A DNA stretch of 63,967 nt, filler included, from Dimorphilus gyrociliatus (Eukaryota; Animalia; Annelida): NCBI GenBank assembly GCA_904063045.1. It is 4 parts of 4 records of this genome, joined end to end, with 100 filler letters (N's around TTAATTAATTAA, not from the genome) between each part and the next. Parts side by side here need not be neighbours in the genome. Positions count along the whole stretch, not along the records: positions 40,506 to 58,678 come from CAJFCJ010000206.1; 3 more parts are not named here. The stretch is one strand, 5' to 3'. Shown here in pieces: positions 48,180 to 58,778 of this stretch (positions are counted from its first letter, which is position 1; every line of letters starts with the position of its first letter). Made by a program: the position numbers and the translations under genes. The notes under the pieces were generated by a model that saw nothing but the letters and a program-made list of their open reading frames with translations, searched no databases and was not told the origin of the DNA.

Positions 48180-49769
48180 ATTACAAAGTGAAAATGAAGA
48201 GCAACAAGTCCTTGATAATCTTGGCAACTCTCTTTCTAGGTAAATATTTTTGATTTTCCTCATTAGTGAACAACAATTTTAAGGTATTTCTTTCAGTTGA
48301 CAAAGTTTTTTCTGCTGAATTTGAATTCAGTCTTGATTATTACACTGGAAAGAAGGGAGGACAAGGGATGTCATATTATTTTTCAAAAATTGAGGGGACA
48401 CCAACCTGCAAGTTTGTTTTCAAATTAATATTTTATCAGATTTATTTAAGTCAAAATATCTCTTGTAGGTTAAATGCTAAAAGATATGATGGAAATTCAA
48501 TACCTGAACAAAGTGTAATTGTAGATGGCAATTACAAAAGAATATTTTTAGATAAAAATACTATTGGAAGTGTGGATAATGATTTCACATTTGTTGCTTC
48601 AATCAATTGTGTTGATGGTTCAGATTCTGTATCTTTTGAGCTAAAAACACTTATTCTTAAAGAAGGTGAGCCAGAGAGACATCTCTTCATTTACAAAAAA
48701 ATTAACATTTTACATTTCAGATCCAACTGATAATTATTCCTATGCTATGTGTCCCATCCAAATTCAAATTTCCAGTGTGCAAAAATCTTCCTCAACAATT
48801 AAGCTCCTGTGTGGAATGTTTACTGGAACTTGCAGGTAAATAACACATGATCAGCAGTTCTTGACCAGTCTAAATTATCTGTCCTACTTTTCTTTTAGTG
48901 CTTCTGTTGTTGACTCAAGTAAAGCAAATATTGACAAAACATCCACCATCACAATTAATCAAAATGAGATAGAAATTACAGCTACCAAATCTGGTTCTTC
49001 TGATTCAGCACTAATTAGAATAGATTGTACCTTGGGCAATAATCCAACTTCCAGTAAAACTCCAGTATATTTTACCCCTGGTGCTGATCCATGGGCTACA
49101 GCAACTGGAGATCCTCATTTTAAACAAATCATATTTGATCAGCTACATTCTATGAATCAGCCTATCTGTTATGATGTCACTGGTACAGCTGATAGCTACC
49201 TTAAACTAGTTGAATATTTAAAGATTGGTACTCAAATTTATGGTCAACTTAAAGATGATTATTACATGCACAGAGTTATCATTAAATCTCTTCTTGGTAA
49301 CATTACTATATCAATGAATTCTGTTACAATTCACAATAGAACACAATTGAATTGGATGGAAAATTCAAAAAGATTATTAATCCAATCAGAAGGTTTTACA
49401 TATGATATATTTTCTAATGAAATATTGATAACCATTTTAGGAGAAACTCCTATAAAAGTTAGAATTGAAAGGAAAAGACATTCTTTAGAGCAATTGCATT
49501 TAGATGTCAGCTTTAAATTTCTTCCAAAAGATTATGAGGAAATGAGTGGACTTTTGGGTTATATTGGCAAAAAAGATTATAAATTCTATTCAAGTGTTCA
49601 ATCGAACTCTGATATCAGTAATTCTAAGGTAACTACTATTGCAATTGATGATAATTTGATATTTGGAAGAAAAGTTGAAAGAAGTGGAAAATATTGTTGG
49701 CTAATGGATGTTGATGATATTTTGAAACCTCTTCAAATTTCTCAATTCTTTTCTAATAGTATTAATTGA
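48180..49769 (+). CDS. Multi-exon protein ending in an inter-alpha-trypsin-inhibitor heavy-chain C-terminal (VWD-like) domain
   Basis: ATGDPHFKQ..QPICYDVTG..LKLV..QIYGQL..HLDV..MSGLLGYI matches the ITI_HC_C pattern; upstream small exons bounded by GT/AG (e.g. 48721-48835). True start not located. Confidence 0.65.
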
Positions 49770-49779
49770 TTAATTAATT

Positions 49780-50380
49780 GGAAGCAGTGGGAGAAAATAT
49801 CCCATTTTTTGTTCTTCTCACTAATCTTAACATAACAGTTAACAACATTATTTCCACTATAAATTATAATTCCTGGATGTTGTTGAAAACGCCCACTATC
49901 CTGTTGAAAACGCCAACTGTGCCTGTTGAAAATGCCCATTGTTTTGAACTATTACATTAAACTTACATTAATCATTTAGAGTAAATATAAAAGATGACAA
50001 ACAGATTCATGGATGATAAATTGCTGAACATTTTTCCAACAGCTCACTTGCACAAATATCACCATTTTCAAACTCATCCCAATATTCATATATTTTCTTC
50101 TGAATGATGGCATAGATTTTTTTTTGCATCCTACAAATCTTTTTTTCTGATAGTAGCTTTTGATATACATTAATTAGATCACTTTCTCTTTTTAGTTCAT
50201 CCACAATGAGGCATTTTCTTGCAAATTTCTGTTGAATTTGTTGTGGAAACCTTCCAAGTCATTATTTATTCGAATAGCTCTTTTAAACACTGACCAATTA
50301 TTTGGTGACCACAAATCATTATCTATCCATGTTTCCTCCATGTATTTCACAAAATTATTTAATTTGCCAGTCTCAGCTAA
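49780..50380 (-). mobile_element. MULE 3'-end fragment with subterminal repeats
   Basis: FVKYMEETWI..WSVFKRAIRINNDLEGFHNKFN..DELKRESDLINVYQKLLSEKKIC..SELLEKCSAIYHP*; three CTGTTGAAAA(C/T)GCC repeats at about 49878-49940. Confidence 0.8.
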
Positions 50381-51227
50381 GTTAGGTCTTGGGGTTAGGG
50401 ATTAGCACAATCAGTACAGACTGGTAATCCCAAAAGTGCACACACACTTATAACCAGGTTTTGGCTAAGGGTTGGTGTGGCTATTGAGGAGTTGCTATCT
50501 TGAGTAGCAATTCCCCAGCCTAAGCTGTAACTGTATCTCCCACAAAAACACTTACAAATTCTCCACAAAGGTGAAGAGAACCTGTATTTGGCAACTGTAA
50601 CAATTTCCCAATAAAAAAAATTCTCACAATATTTCGGAGGTATTCCTCCTTTATCAAGTGAGAGGGGAAAAGTGGCTGGTTAGATTGCCACCAGACTGAT
50701 CTCTGAGAGGCTTACTATACCTTAGGATAGGTACTGGTTTGATCCCACACTTTATTTCGCTACAAATCACCTATTTGGTGGTCAGTAAAGCAAGTCGACC
50801 ACTGACGAAAGTTGAAATTTCAACTTGCTCCGATCGTTATGAAATTTTACACAGTGCTAGATCTAATTGAACTGAGCAACTGTGCAAAATTTGAACGAAA
50901 TCGGCCCAGCTGTTACGGAGCTATGGAGCTTTGAAGTTAACGGTGGTAGGTGAGGATGGCTGACTGGCAGCCTTAGACTCTATTACCAGTATCTCGACCC
51001 TACGTTCTATAGTAATTAGAGGGTAACCTTTCAAAAATCGCAGGTATAACAATCAGGTAAGTCACTTTTCATAAAATGTAACAGAAGAAGACCTAGATTC
51101 AATTCTATGTTCCTTCCTCTGTACATATATGGCCAATCCTATTTGCATGGGGCAGTCCAGAGCCCTTTTCATTACAGCACCATGAAATATAACTGAATCT
51201 AAGATAAGGGGTGATTTCACCTCCAAT

Positions 51228-51340
51228 TTGGACTTAGAATATTTTTGAAAAATTTATCGACTTTTTTCAGTCGAAATTTTTCTAAGTCCAAAACCTAACA
51301 CTGTGTTAGGCTGGACTTAGAATATTTTCGGAAAATATAC
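51228..51340. repeat. Nested palindrome/hairpin array
   Basis: TTGGACTTAGA(51228)..CGACT-TTTTTC-AGTCG..TCTAAGTCCAA(51291), CCTAACAC-TG-TGTTAGG, then a second TGGACTTAGAATATTTT. Confidence 0.6.
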
Positions 51341-52326
51341 CCAGGCGAATGTAACGTTTTTACAGGTAATTAACATGACAATGAACTTAGAAAATTAATG
51401 ATTTTTGCAAAATCTTTACAAGTCCAGAGCCTCAGTGAAGGCCAATTTTTCAAAATCGTTGGATTGCTTTCAAACTTGAATCCAAGCTTGCCCCTACGTC
51501 GGAAAGATAGAAAAAAATATTTTTATTTTTCTACCCAAACTCAGAAAATTTTCGATTTTCAAAGCTCAGCCACTCCTGAACCGTAAGAGCTACATGGTCA
51601 TGTAGCATATCAGTGAAAAGCTCTTTTCGAGCTCTATCACCTCCAACAAAATTGAAACGTCTAGGATAACGCATAACGAAACTCCTAAACGGCTCAGATT
51701 TGGGACATTTTTGTCACATCACTGATTTTTTTGGATCAAAACTAACTCATTGATATATATATCCTTAGGGTACTATGTAGCATAAGGTCTGTAGACCCAT
51801 GTTAAACTTTCAACCCCTTATATATATCAGACACACTTGTTCCTGTATGTAAGGAATACACTGAGAGATGGTTGAAGGTAGAGGTTATGGTTACATTAGA
51901 CTGCTCATGTATGATTGTCAATGGGTTGTCTTTGTGTTGATTGGGAAACCAGAAGGGACCTTTTGTTGGGGAACTTTTGTTCACTGCCAACTGTCAACCA
52001 TCTGTTCTCTCATAGAGAGGTGTCTCCCCACAAATTACCCCATTTTTTATTATTTAACAATTGTTCAGAACAGGTCCCATGTCTGTCCAGTCTGTACCTT
52101 CTTCTCTGCTGAGTTAAGTGTTGGTTCCATTATCTTAGGTTAGGGTTAGTTGTAAAGTTTCACTAATTTGTATCTTTTTAGGGGGCTATAGCTTAGGGTT
52201 AGGATATAAGAACCAGATGTGGTGTTTTTGTTGGGGAACTGTTTGTTCACTGCCAACTACCACAACCTGTTCCCCATTAAAGAGGTGTTCAATCCCTACT
52301 CAGCCAATAACTAGCCCTATTAATTT

Positions 52327-54888
52327 TCATTCACTGTCAATTTCTCTCTGTATCTCCAATAGGAGATTAATACCTGCAAAACTACTATCCTGATCATCCC
52401 CCACCCAGCTATTGGCCATGGTGAGAATTGTGTCATTGCTGTTGTCCAAGCTCTCTATGTTATTCACAATAGAGAATTTGTTTTGTGGTTTATTGAAGAC
52501 TGTTTTAATATGCCACCATGGGGATGGCCAACATTCTAATAGATTCAGAGTGTTGGTATTATCCTCTTGAGGTGGACCTTCAGTTCTTCCCTTTACTATA
52601 AGGCTACCCAATGATCTCCCCAGTTTCAAGGCAATAATAGGCCTAATCGCTTTCAATGGACTGTCATCATTAAGAGCACTCCAGTGGTCCTTAAGTATTC
52701 TATTTAGTTTATACCAAGGACTTGGATGGTAGACAACCAGTGGTACTATAGTAGTACTGTAGCAACCATGATCCTCATTTAAGCCATACGGAGTAACTGT
52801 ATTAGCCTCTTTGATGTACCTTGCTTCCAAAGTCTGTAGGGTCTTCTCTCTGTTAGGATCTTCCTCAGGAATGGAATCACAGACCCAGTAAGTCATCTGA
52901 TCTATTCCATGTTTTCGAAAATGATCAGAGACCAATTTATTGGATCCATTCCTCACATCCCCTTTATGGTTGTTGATCCTATCTCTTAGAGTTCTAGTGG
53001 TAAGACCCACATACTGTATTTCACATAGGGTACATTGGATAATGTAAATTATCCAACTAGAGGTACAGTCAAAGTCTCCCTTGACTCTGAACCATTGGTT
53101 GCTGCCAGTTGATTGCCATGTTAGTTTTCCTAACCTTCAGACACACTAGGCATCTCCTACCATTGCATGGTTTCATATCTTCAAATTCTTGCCTCTCAAT
53201 TTCAATCCTCTTAGTGGCTTTTAGCCATGCCTCTTTGAACATTGATTTGGTATAGCCCAGATCTTTGTTTAAATTCCTAAGATCATTGAGTTGTCCCTTT
53301 GCTGTATCAATTTTTGAGCAATTTCTGAGATACCTAAGAGCTTGTGCAAATAAAATTCCTTTAATGGTGTGTTTGGGATGTGCAGACTTGGGGTTAAGTA
53401 GTCTTCTATTGTCTGTAGGTTTAAAATGGGTTTTGAACACTAGAGGATTGAGTTGAATCTCCAAATCTAGAAAGATGGTTGTGTTACCAGCCTCAGATCT
53501 GGTTAGACTAATACCCTCATTTCTGTTGTTAAGATAGTTCCAGAACTCTCTCAACCTGTCATCCTCTCCTACAGTATCACTACTCTCCTTTCTCCACACA
53601 ATGAGTATATCATCAATGTACCTTCTATACACTAATAGGTGTTCTTTGTAGATGGTATATACATCCTCCTCCCAAACCCCTAGGACTATATTTGCATAAG
53701 CTGGACTAAAGCTAACTCCCATTGCAGTGCCTTTTATTTGCAAGTATCTTTCACCTTCAAATACAAAGTCATTGCTTTTTAGGCAGATCTGCAAAAGTTT
53801 AAGAATAGCCTCATCTGGTCTATTATCTTTTGGCCAGTTGTACAGTTGTTTGGCTATGCATTGTAGTCCCCAATCAGGATCAATGCTAGGGTATAGGGCA
53901 TCTACATCTGCAGTTTGTATAATTGTATTCTCCTCTATATGGATAGAGGAGAGGTGTCTGCAGATATCCTGTGCATTTTTAGTGTATGCTCTACATACCA
54001 TAGCCAATGGTTGTAGCCAAGCATCTAACCAACAGGAGAGAGGATGTAAATCACTCCCTCTGTAACAAACAACTGGTCTCCCTGGTGGCATCCTATTAGG
54101 GATTGTCCACCTTTCCTTATGAATCTTTGGGAGAAGATAAAAATACCTATCTGTGGCTTCTAATTTTGGGCTAAGCTTTTTCATCATCCTTTTGTAAGTA
54201 AGTCCTCCTTGTTGAGGTTGGAGAGGATGGAGATGATTTCAGAATGTCTGGATTTTGAAATGGGAAAGGAGACCTTTTTGTAGGTGTTATTATCAGACAG
54301 TTGTCTGTTGGCCTCTATTAAATAGTCTCTTTTGTTCAAGATAACAATATTGTTGCCTTTGTCTGCAGGTTTAATGATGATATCATCTTTGTTGCAGACT
54401 GTTTCAACAGTTGTTTGAAATCTTGAACTAGGACCATTTTGGTGAAGGTAGCCATACCTTTCGCTCAACCCATTTATGGTTTCACAACCTTTATTCCATA
54501 TGTTATTCTTGAAATCATTCCATACTGGGGTATCTTCTCCATCTATTGGAGGATCTTCCTTTATAATGGTCTTGTCAGTTTGACTCACTTTAGCAAAGGG
54601 GTTTACCCTATAAGTAAAGGGACCCACATCTTTGTGTTTCACTAGTCTATGTAGGAAGGATGCTAATCCCTCTTTCCAATTCTTAGTGATGCACTGTTTC
54701 CTGGTGGATTTGTAATCAATATTAATGTATTTCAGACCTTTATTCAAGGTCTGAATGACTGGATCAGGAACATTCCAATCTGAATAGTTTAAAAGCAAAC
54801 TATCTCTACTATCTATGCTATGATTAATACAATTATAGTCATTGCTGTACAAATGAACTGGATTGGCACAATTGTTAGAGTGCTCCAA
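52327..54888 (-). pseudogene. Penelope Pol ORF (RT-GIY-YIG) broken by two single-base frameshifts
   Basis: Shifts at about 54190 (ACA AAA GGA TGA; one more A gives T-K-R-M-M-K) and about 53110 (joins to TGSNQWFRVKGDFDCTSSWIIY). Confidence 0.85.
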
Positions 54889-56138
54889 GTTCCTATCTAT
54901 TTTGGCTTGGGTTTTCCCCTTTCTAGATTGTTTAAATTCCTCCTTCCTGTTTTGTTGACAGTACTGGAGGAAGATTCAGATAGAGATCTGCTGGACTTGT
55001 TAGCAACTGCCTGGGACCTGGTCTGGATTTGTATTTTCTCCACCACTGGTGTAGTATCACCATGATTTGTGGATGGAGTATTACTACCACTGTCCTGTCC
55101 AGCCAGTGTACTTTTTAACATGTCCATCATCTCTACTTTTAGTTTGGCTAATTCTTCGCCTAGACTATCTTTAACAATCTTTTTGATATTCTCTTCTGTA
55201 GTTTGGCATTGAGGGGGTCCTGAAGGATTCCTAGAAGAAGACTCAGACTTAGGGGGTTGACCCCCTTTGTTCTTGGTCTTCCTCTTTTTATTTTTACTAG
55301 GGTTAGGTTAGGGTTACAGGGGGGTTCCTTTTTAATTGAGTATGCCAACTTGTATATATATGCCTAACTAATAATTTACTAAAGTCTTTTCATCTGCTGG
55401 CATCTGTAGGCTGAGATATTGGAGAAAGAAAATTAACGATTAAAAATTTTTTTCTGTTTTTTTGAATTTTTTTTTTTTAAATTGAACAATTTGAAGGTGT
55501 ACAGTAATAAATTGGATTCAAAATTTCGAAATTTTGAAGCAAACTATATGTTTGAGGTGTAAAATAGGAAAAAATGATGTTTTTTTCTACGTTTTGACCC
55601 CTAGCTCAAAACCCAAGGCCATGATTTTTTTGTATTTTTTGAATATAGCCTTATAACATATTACTAAAACACATATCAAAAATTAAAAAAAATTGATAGT
55701 ACAGATTAAAACCAACTATTTTATTAAACTTACCTATTGTAACTTGATTTACAATGGGATTATAATGGTAATCTTTGTACATTAAGCAGTGGATCTGGTT
55801 AATGTTGGCATCATGCATATTTGTCATTTCCACAATTATGTATTTATGAAACTGTTTACCATATACAACAATTTTCTTGTTAAATAATTGCGAAAATGCT
55901 TCTATCTCAATAGAACCCCCCCAACCTAAACCATAAGGTTTGCAAAAGGTTTTTTTTGACTAAATCAAAAAAGAGAAACAGAATTCTCACACTTCAAGAG
56001 TCCCAATTGTTTTTGGGAAGCAGTCAAAGAAAAAATACACCAAAATTGACATTTAAAACAATTTCCAAAAGAAAAGATTTTTTCAAAAAATTTTCAAAAA
56101 ATTTTTTTCTGAAATTTTTTATTATTTCCTACCTACAC

Positions 56139-56199
56139 GACCTACTGTGGTTTCGTCCCCCTCTCTATTAAATTTGTATATCTGGGACTCTTCAGGGTC
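56139..56199 (-). ncRNA. Minimal type I hammerhead ribozyme in the Penelope upstream repeat
   Basis: Minus strand GACC-CTGAAGA-GTCCC-(24 nt)-GGGAC-GAAA-C-CACA-GTA-GGTC; same strand as the RT ORF; predicted cleavage between 56143 and 56142. Confidence 0.88.
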
Positions 56200-57495
56200 T
56201 AATATTGTACTGCTCTTGCTGGCAAAATCTATGCGTTTGCAAGTTATAACAATACTGGTTCTACTCGAACCTTTAAACAAATGTTTAAATTAAAATGGTT
56301 TATTCGCAATAATAATACTTAAGCAAGTAACAATATGAGAGTTCAATAGCAGAGTAGATAGTTTGTAATAGCAGGTTGCCAAATTACCAAACTGTCTTCC
56401 AATGTTGAGGAGTAGATGGATGGTTCCAGTGGAGGTTGTTTCCAGATGATTTTCCCAGGTCCTTGGGTCCAGATGGAAGCTGCATGCCAAATGAGAATAA
56501 TGAGGATTTATATACTTTGAGGTTTGTCTCTGACATCCAATCATCACTTTACAGTTGCCAAAATGTGTAGTTCATATTTATCTTTAGTAACAGGATGTTA
56601 CAAGGTTCAACATTTAGGAAGGTTAATTGAATTATAACTTGGCCACACCCTAGGCAAGTTAATTAAATTATAACTTGGCCAAACCTTTATTGGTAATTAA
56701 AGATGAGCCTTCAAGCTGACTAATCAGACTTATGTTTGGCCAATGTTATAGCATTTTCTTGCGTAGGTTTTAAGATGTACATGTATATGTTGCATAAAAT
56801 AATAGAGTTCAAGCATGTAAAATATAACCAAAGTTGTACAATATAAAGGAGTGAGTGAGAGGTTTGAGAATCTTAATAAAAAGCTTCTCTCCAGATTTTT
56901 GATTTATTTGTTTGTTGATAAAGATTCTTGTGGGGTAAAATTATAGATAAAAAATACAAAATACAAAATACCTAATAGTTTAAAGCTTTTAAAATAACAA
57001 GGTATATAGAAGGAAGAATATATGGGCTTAGATAAAATGTAAGATTAAAAGAATAGTAAGTTGAGGGGATATATATCTCCTACCAGTTGGAAATACAGAA
57101 AAAATAAAAAATTGAAGACATAAAAAATGTGGGAAAAAATAAGTTGGGTAAATAAATAGCAACCAGGATTTGAATAACAATAAAAGTTGAAATAAAGAGT
57201 AAACAATAAAAATTGAAAATTCAAAAATTAGAAAATCAAAAATATAAATTAAAATTATGCATTATATTATTGTTTATGGCTAGTAGATGAATTGAGTATG
57301 TGTACAGGAACTGGTTAATTAATTGAAAATATATAAAAAATAAGTGAGTGTAAATGAATGAAGTGTGCTATGTATGTTGTATTATGTAGAAAGTATGGTT
57401 AATTTAATTTTATGGCTAAAGATTAGAGGATTGTTAATTTGAAAATTATTAAATAATATTGTTTGAAGACTAACCTGTTTTTCTTGTATTGTATT

Positions 57496-58086
57496 TTCCA
57501 ACATTCATTTACTTTGCCAAGTGATAGGTTGTTCTGGCTAATGAATGGATTGGAAAGGAAATTGGATAATTGCTATTTATCTACCTATATATTGTTTGTA
57601 ATGAATAATATAAGTATTAGGGAAGATGTTAGGATTCCTCATTCTTTTTTGAGTTTTGATTTTGATTTGTTTGATGTAAGAATGGAAGGAATCTATATTT
57701 GTTAAATCTTTTACCAACTTTCATTTGGTTGATACCTGAAAGTTGGCTTTTAGTTAATGAATGGGTTGGAAGCTGTATAAGTATGGATTATAATGATTTT
57801 GTTAAGGGAACCCTGAACCAATAAGATATATTTTAATAAGTATAAATAAGACAAAGGAAAATATTTGATAAAGTGAATTGCAAATTTGTACCTTAAAACT
57901 TATTCTCCTTAAAACTTATTCATTTTGTTAGTCCAAGTATGTTCAGTTGATTTTGGCTAATGAATGGATTGGAAGAATATATAATCCCTTAATTGTAAAT
58001 GTTATTTTTCTTTTTATTTGTTTCCAACATTCATTTAGAAAGTCCATGAAAAAATAAGTTGAGTTTGGCTAATGAATGGATTGGAA
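57496..58086. repeat. Four ~60-65-nt imperfect hairpin units with non-conserved spacers
   Basis: Units 57496-57555, 57712-57771, about 57910-57974, 58022-58086: TTCCAACATTCATT..GGCTAATGAATGGATTGGAA. Confidence 0.75.
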
Positions 58087-58219
58087 AAAATATCTATTAG
58101 TTGGGTTAAGTGAGTTCCTGTATGTAAGTTGGTGCAAAAAAGGGTGTGTATATTGAGCTTAAGATAAATAAAAAATAAAAAATAAAATGCTACCTACATG
58201 GCTTGGATTTAAAATCTCA

Positions 58220-58360
58220 TGAAATCTAACAAAGTCTACAAAGTCTAAAAAATCCACAAAATCAACAAAAGCCAAAAAATCTACAAAATGCTTAAAATCT
58301 GCTTTAAAATGCTTAAAATATGCTTAAAAATGCTTAAAATCTGCTTAAAATCTGCCATCA
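58220..58360. repeat. Low-complexity tandem repeats (AAAATCTACA-like and AAAATGCTTA-like)
   Basis: Repeated caaa(g/a)tc(t/c)aca units followed by (aaaat(ct)gctt)n. Confidence 0.7.
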
Positions 58361-58678
58361 GAAATCCTAAATCATCATAATTGAATGTATAATGATTCTT
58401 AAGAAAATAGTAAAGAATTTCATCATTTGGCTTTAACAATAAAACATTATCAACACAACAAACTCCAGCAAATTACCAAAAAAAGATAGATTAGTTCACA
58501 GTCACATGTATAAGAATCTTTATCTTTTTTAAAAAGAAAGAAAAAATTTTTAATCTTTTGCTCAAATGTTCTAGTTTTGAATTGAAAAAAGTCAATCTCA
58601 TAGAAAAAGTTTTGTTTTAGTCATTGGTTATGGCTTATGTATTAGTTCCTGTCATCCCACATTCTCTTTACTGGTTGG

Positions 58679-58778
58679 NNNNNNNNNNNNNNNNNNNNNN
58701 NNNNNNNNNNNNNNNNNNNNNNTTAATTAATTAANNNNNNNNNNNNNNNNNNNNNNNNNNNNNNNNNNNNNNNNNNNN
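58679..58778. other. Assembly gap with TTAATTAATTAA linker
   Basis: N block. Confidence 0.98.

Larger units (their letters stand above)
51947..56205 (-). mobile_element. Penelope-like retroelement (RT + GIY-YIG) with a hammerhead-bearing upstream repeat
   Basis: IIKPADKGN, FYLLPKIHK, PGRPVV, ADVDALYPSI, QIKGTAMG, YRRYIDDI, FLDL, HFKPT, SAHP; C-x4-C-x2-C knuckle; IIYIIQC..YVG..R..H..E..GLN endonuclease. About 80-bp imperfect direct repeats at 51947-52025 and 52210-52290 on the 3' side. Confidence 0.92.

Noticed and set aside
50748-50790. Third hammerhead-like motif on the minus strand (CTTTA-CTGACCA..GAAA-TAAAG)
   Set aside because: The core is CUGACCA rather than CUGANGA, and there is no stem III or NUH triplet.
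54184-54190. Programmed frameshift or stop-restart between the Penelope ORFs
   Set aside because: A single missing A in a homopolymer restores one ORF, and a second unrelated frameshift exists at about 53110; decay or sequencing error is simpler.
57496-58086. Hairpin array as a CRISPR array or SECIS cluster
   Set aside because: Eukaryotic context, no cas genes, and spacers are long and irregular; neither strand has the 5' AUGA/GA quartet of a SECIS.
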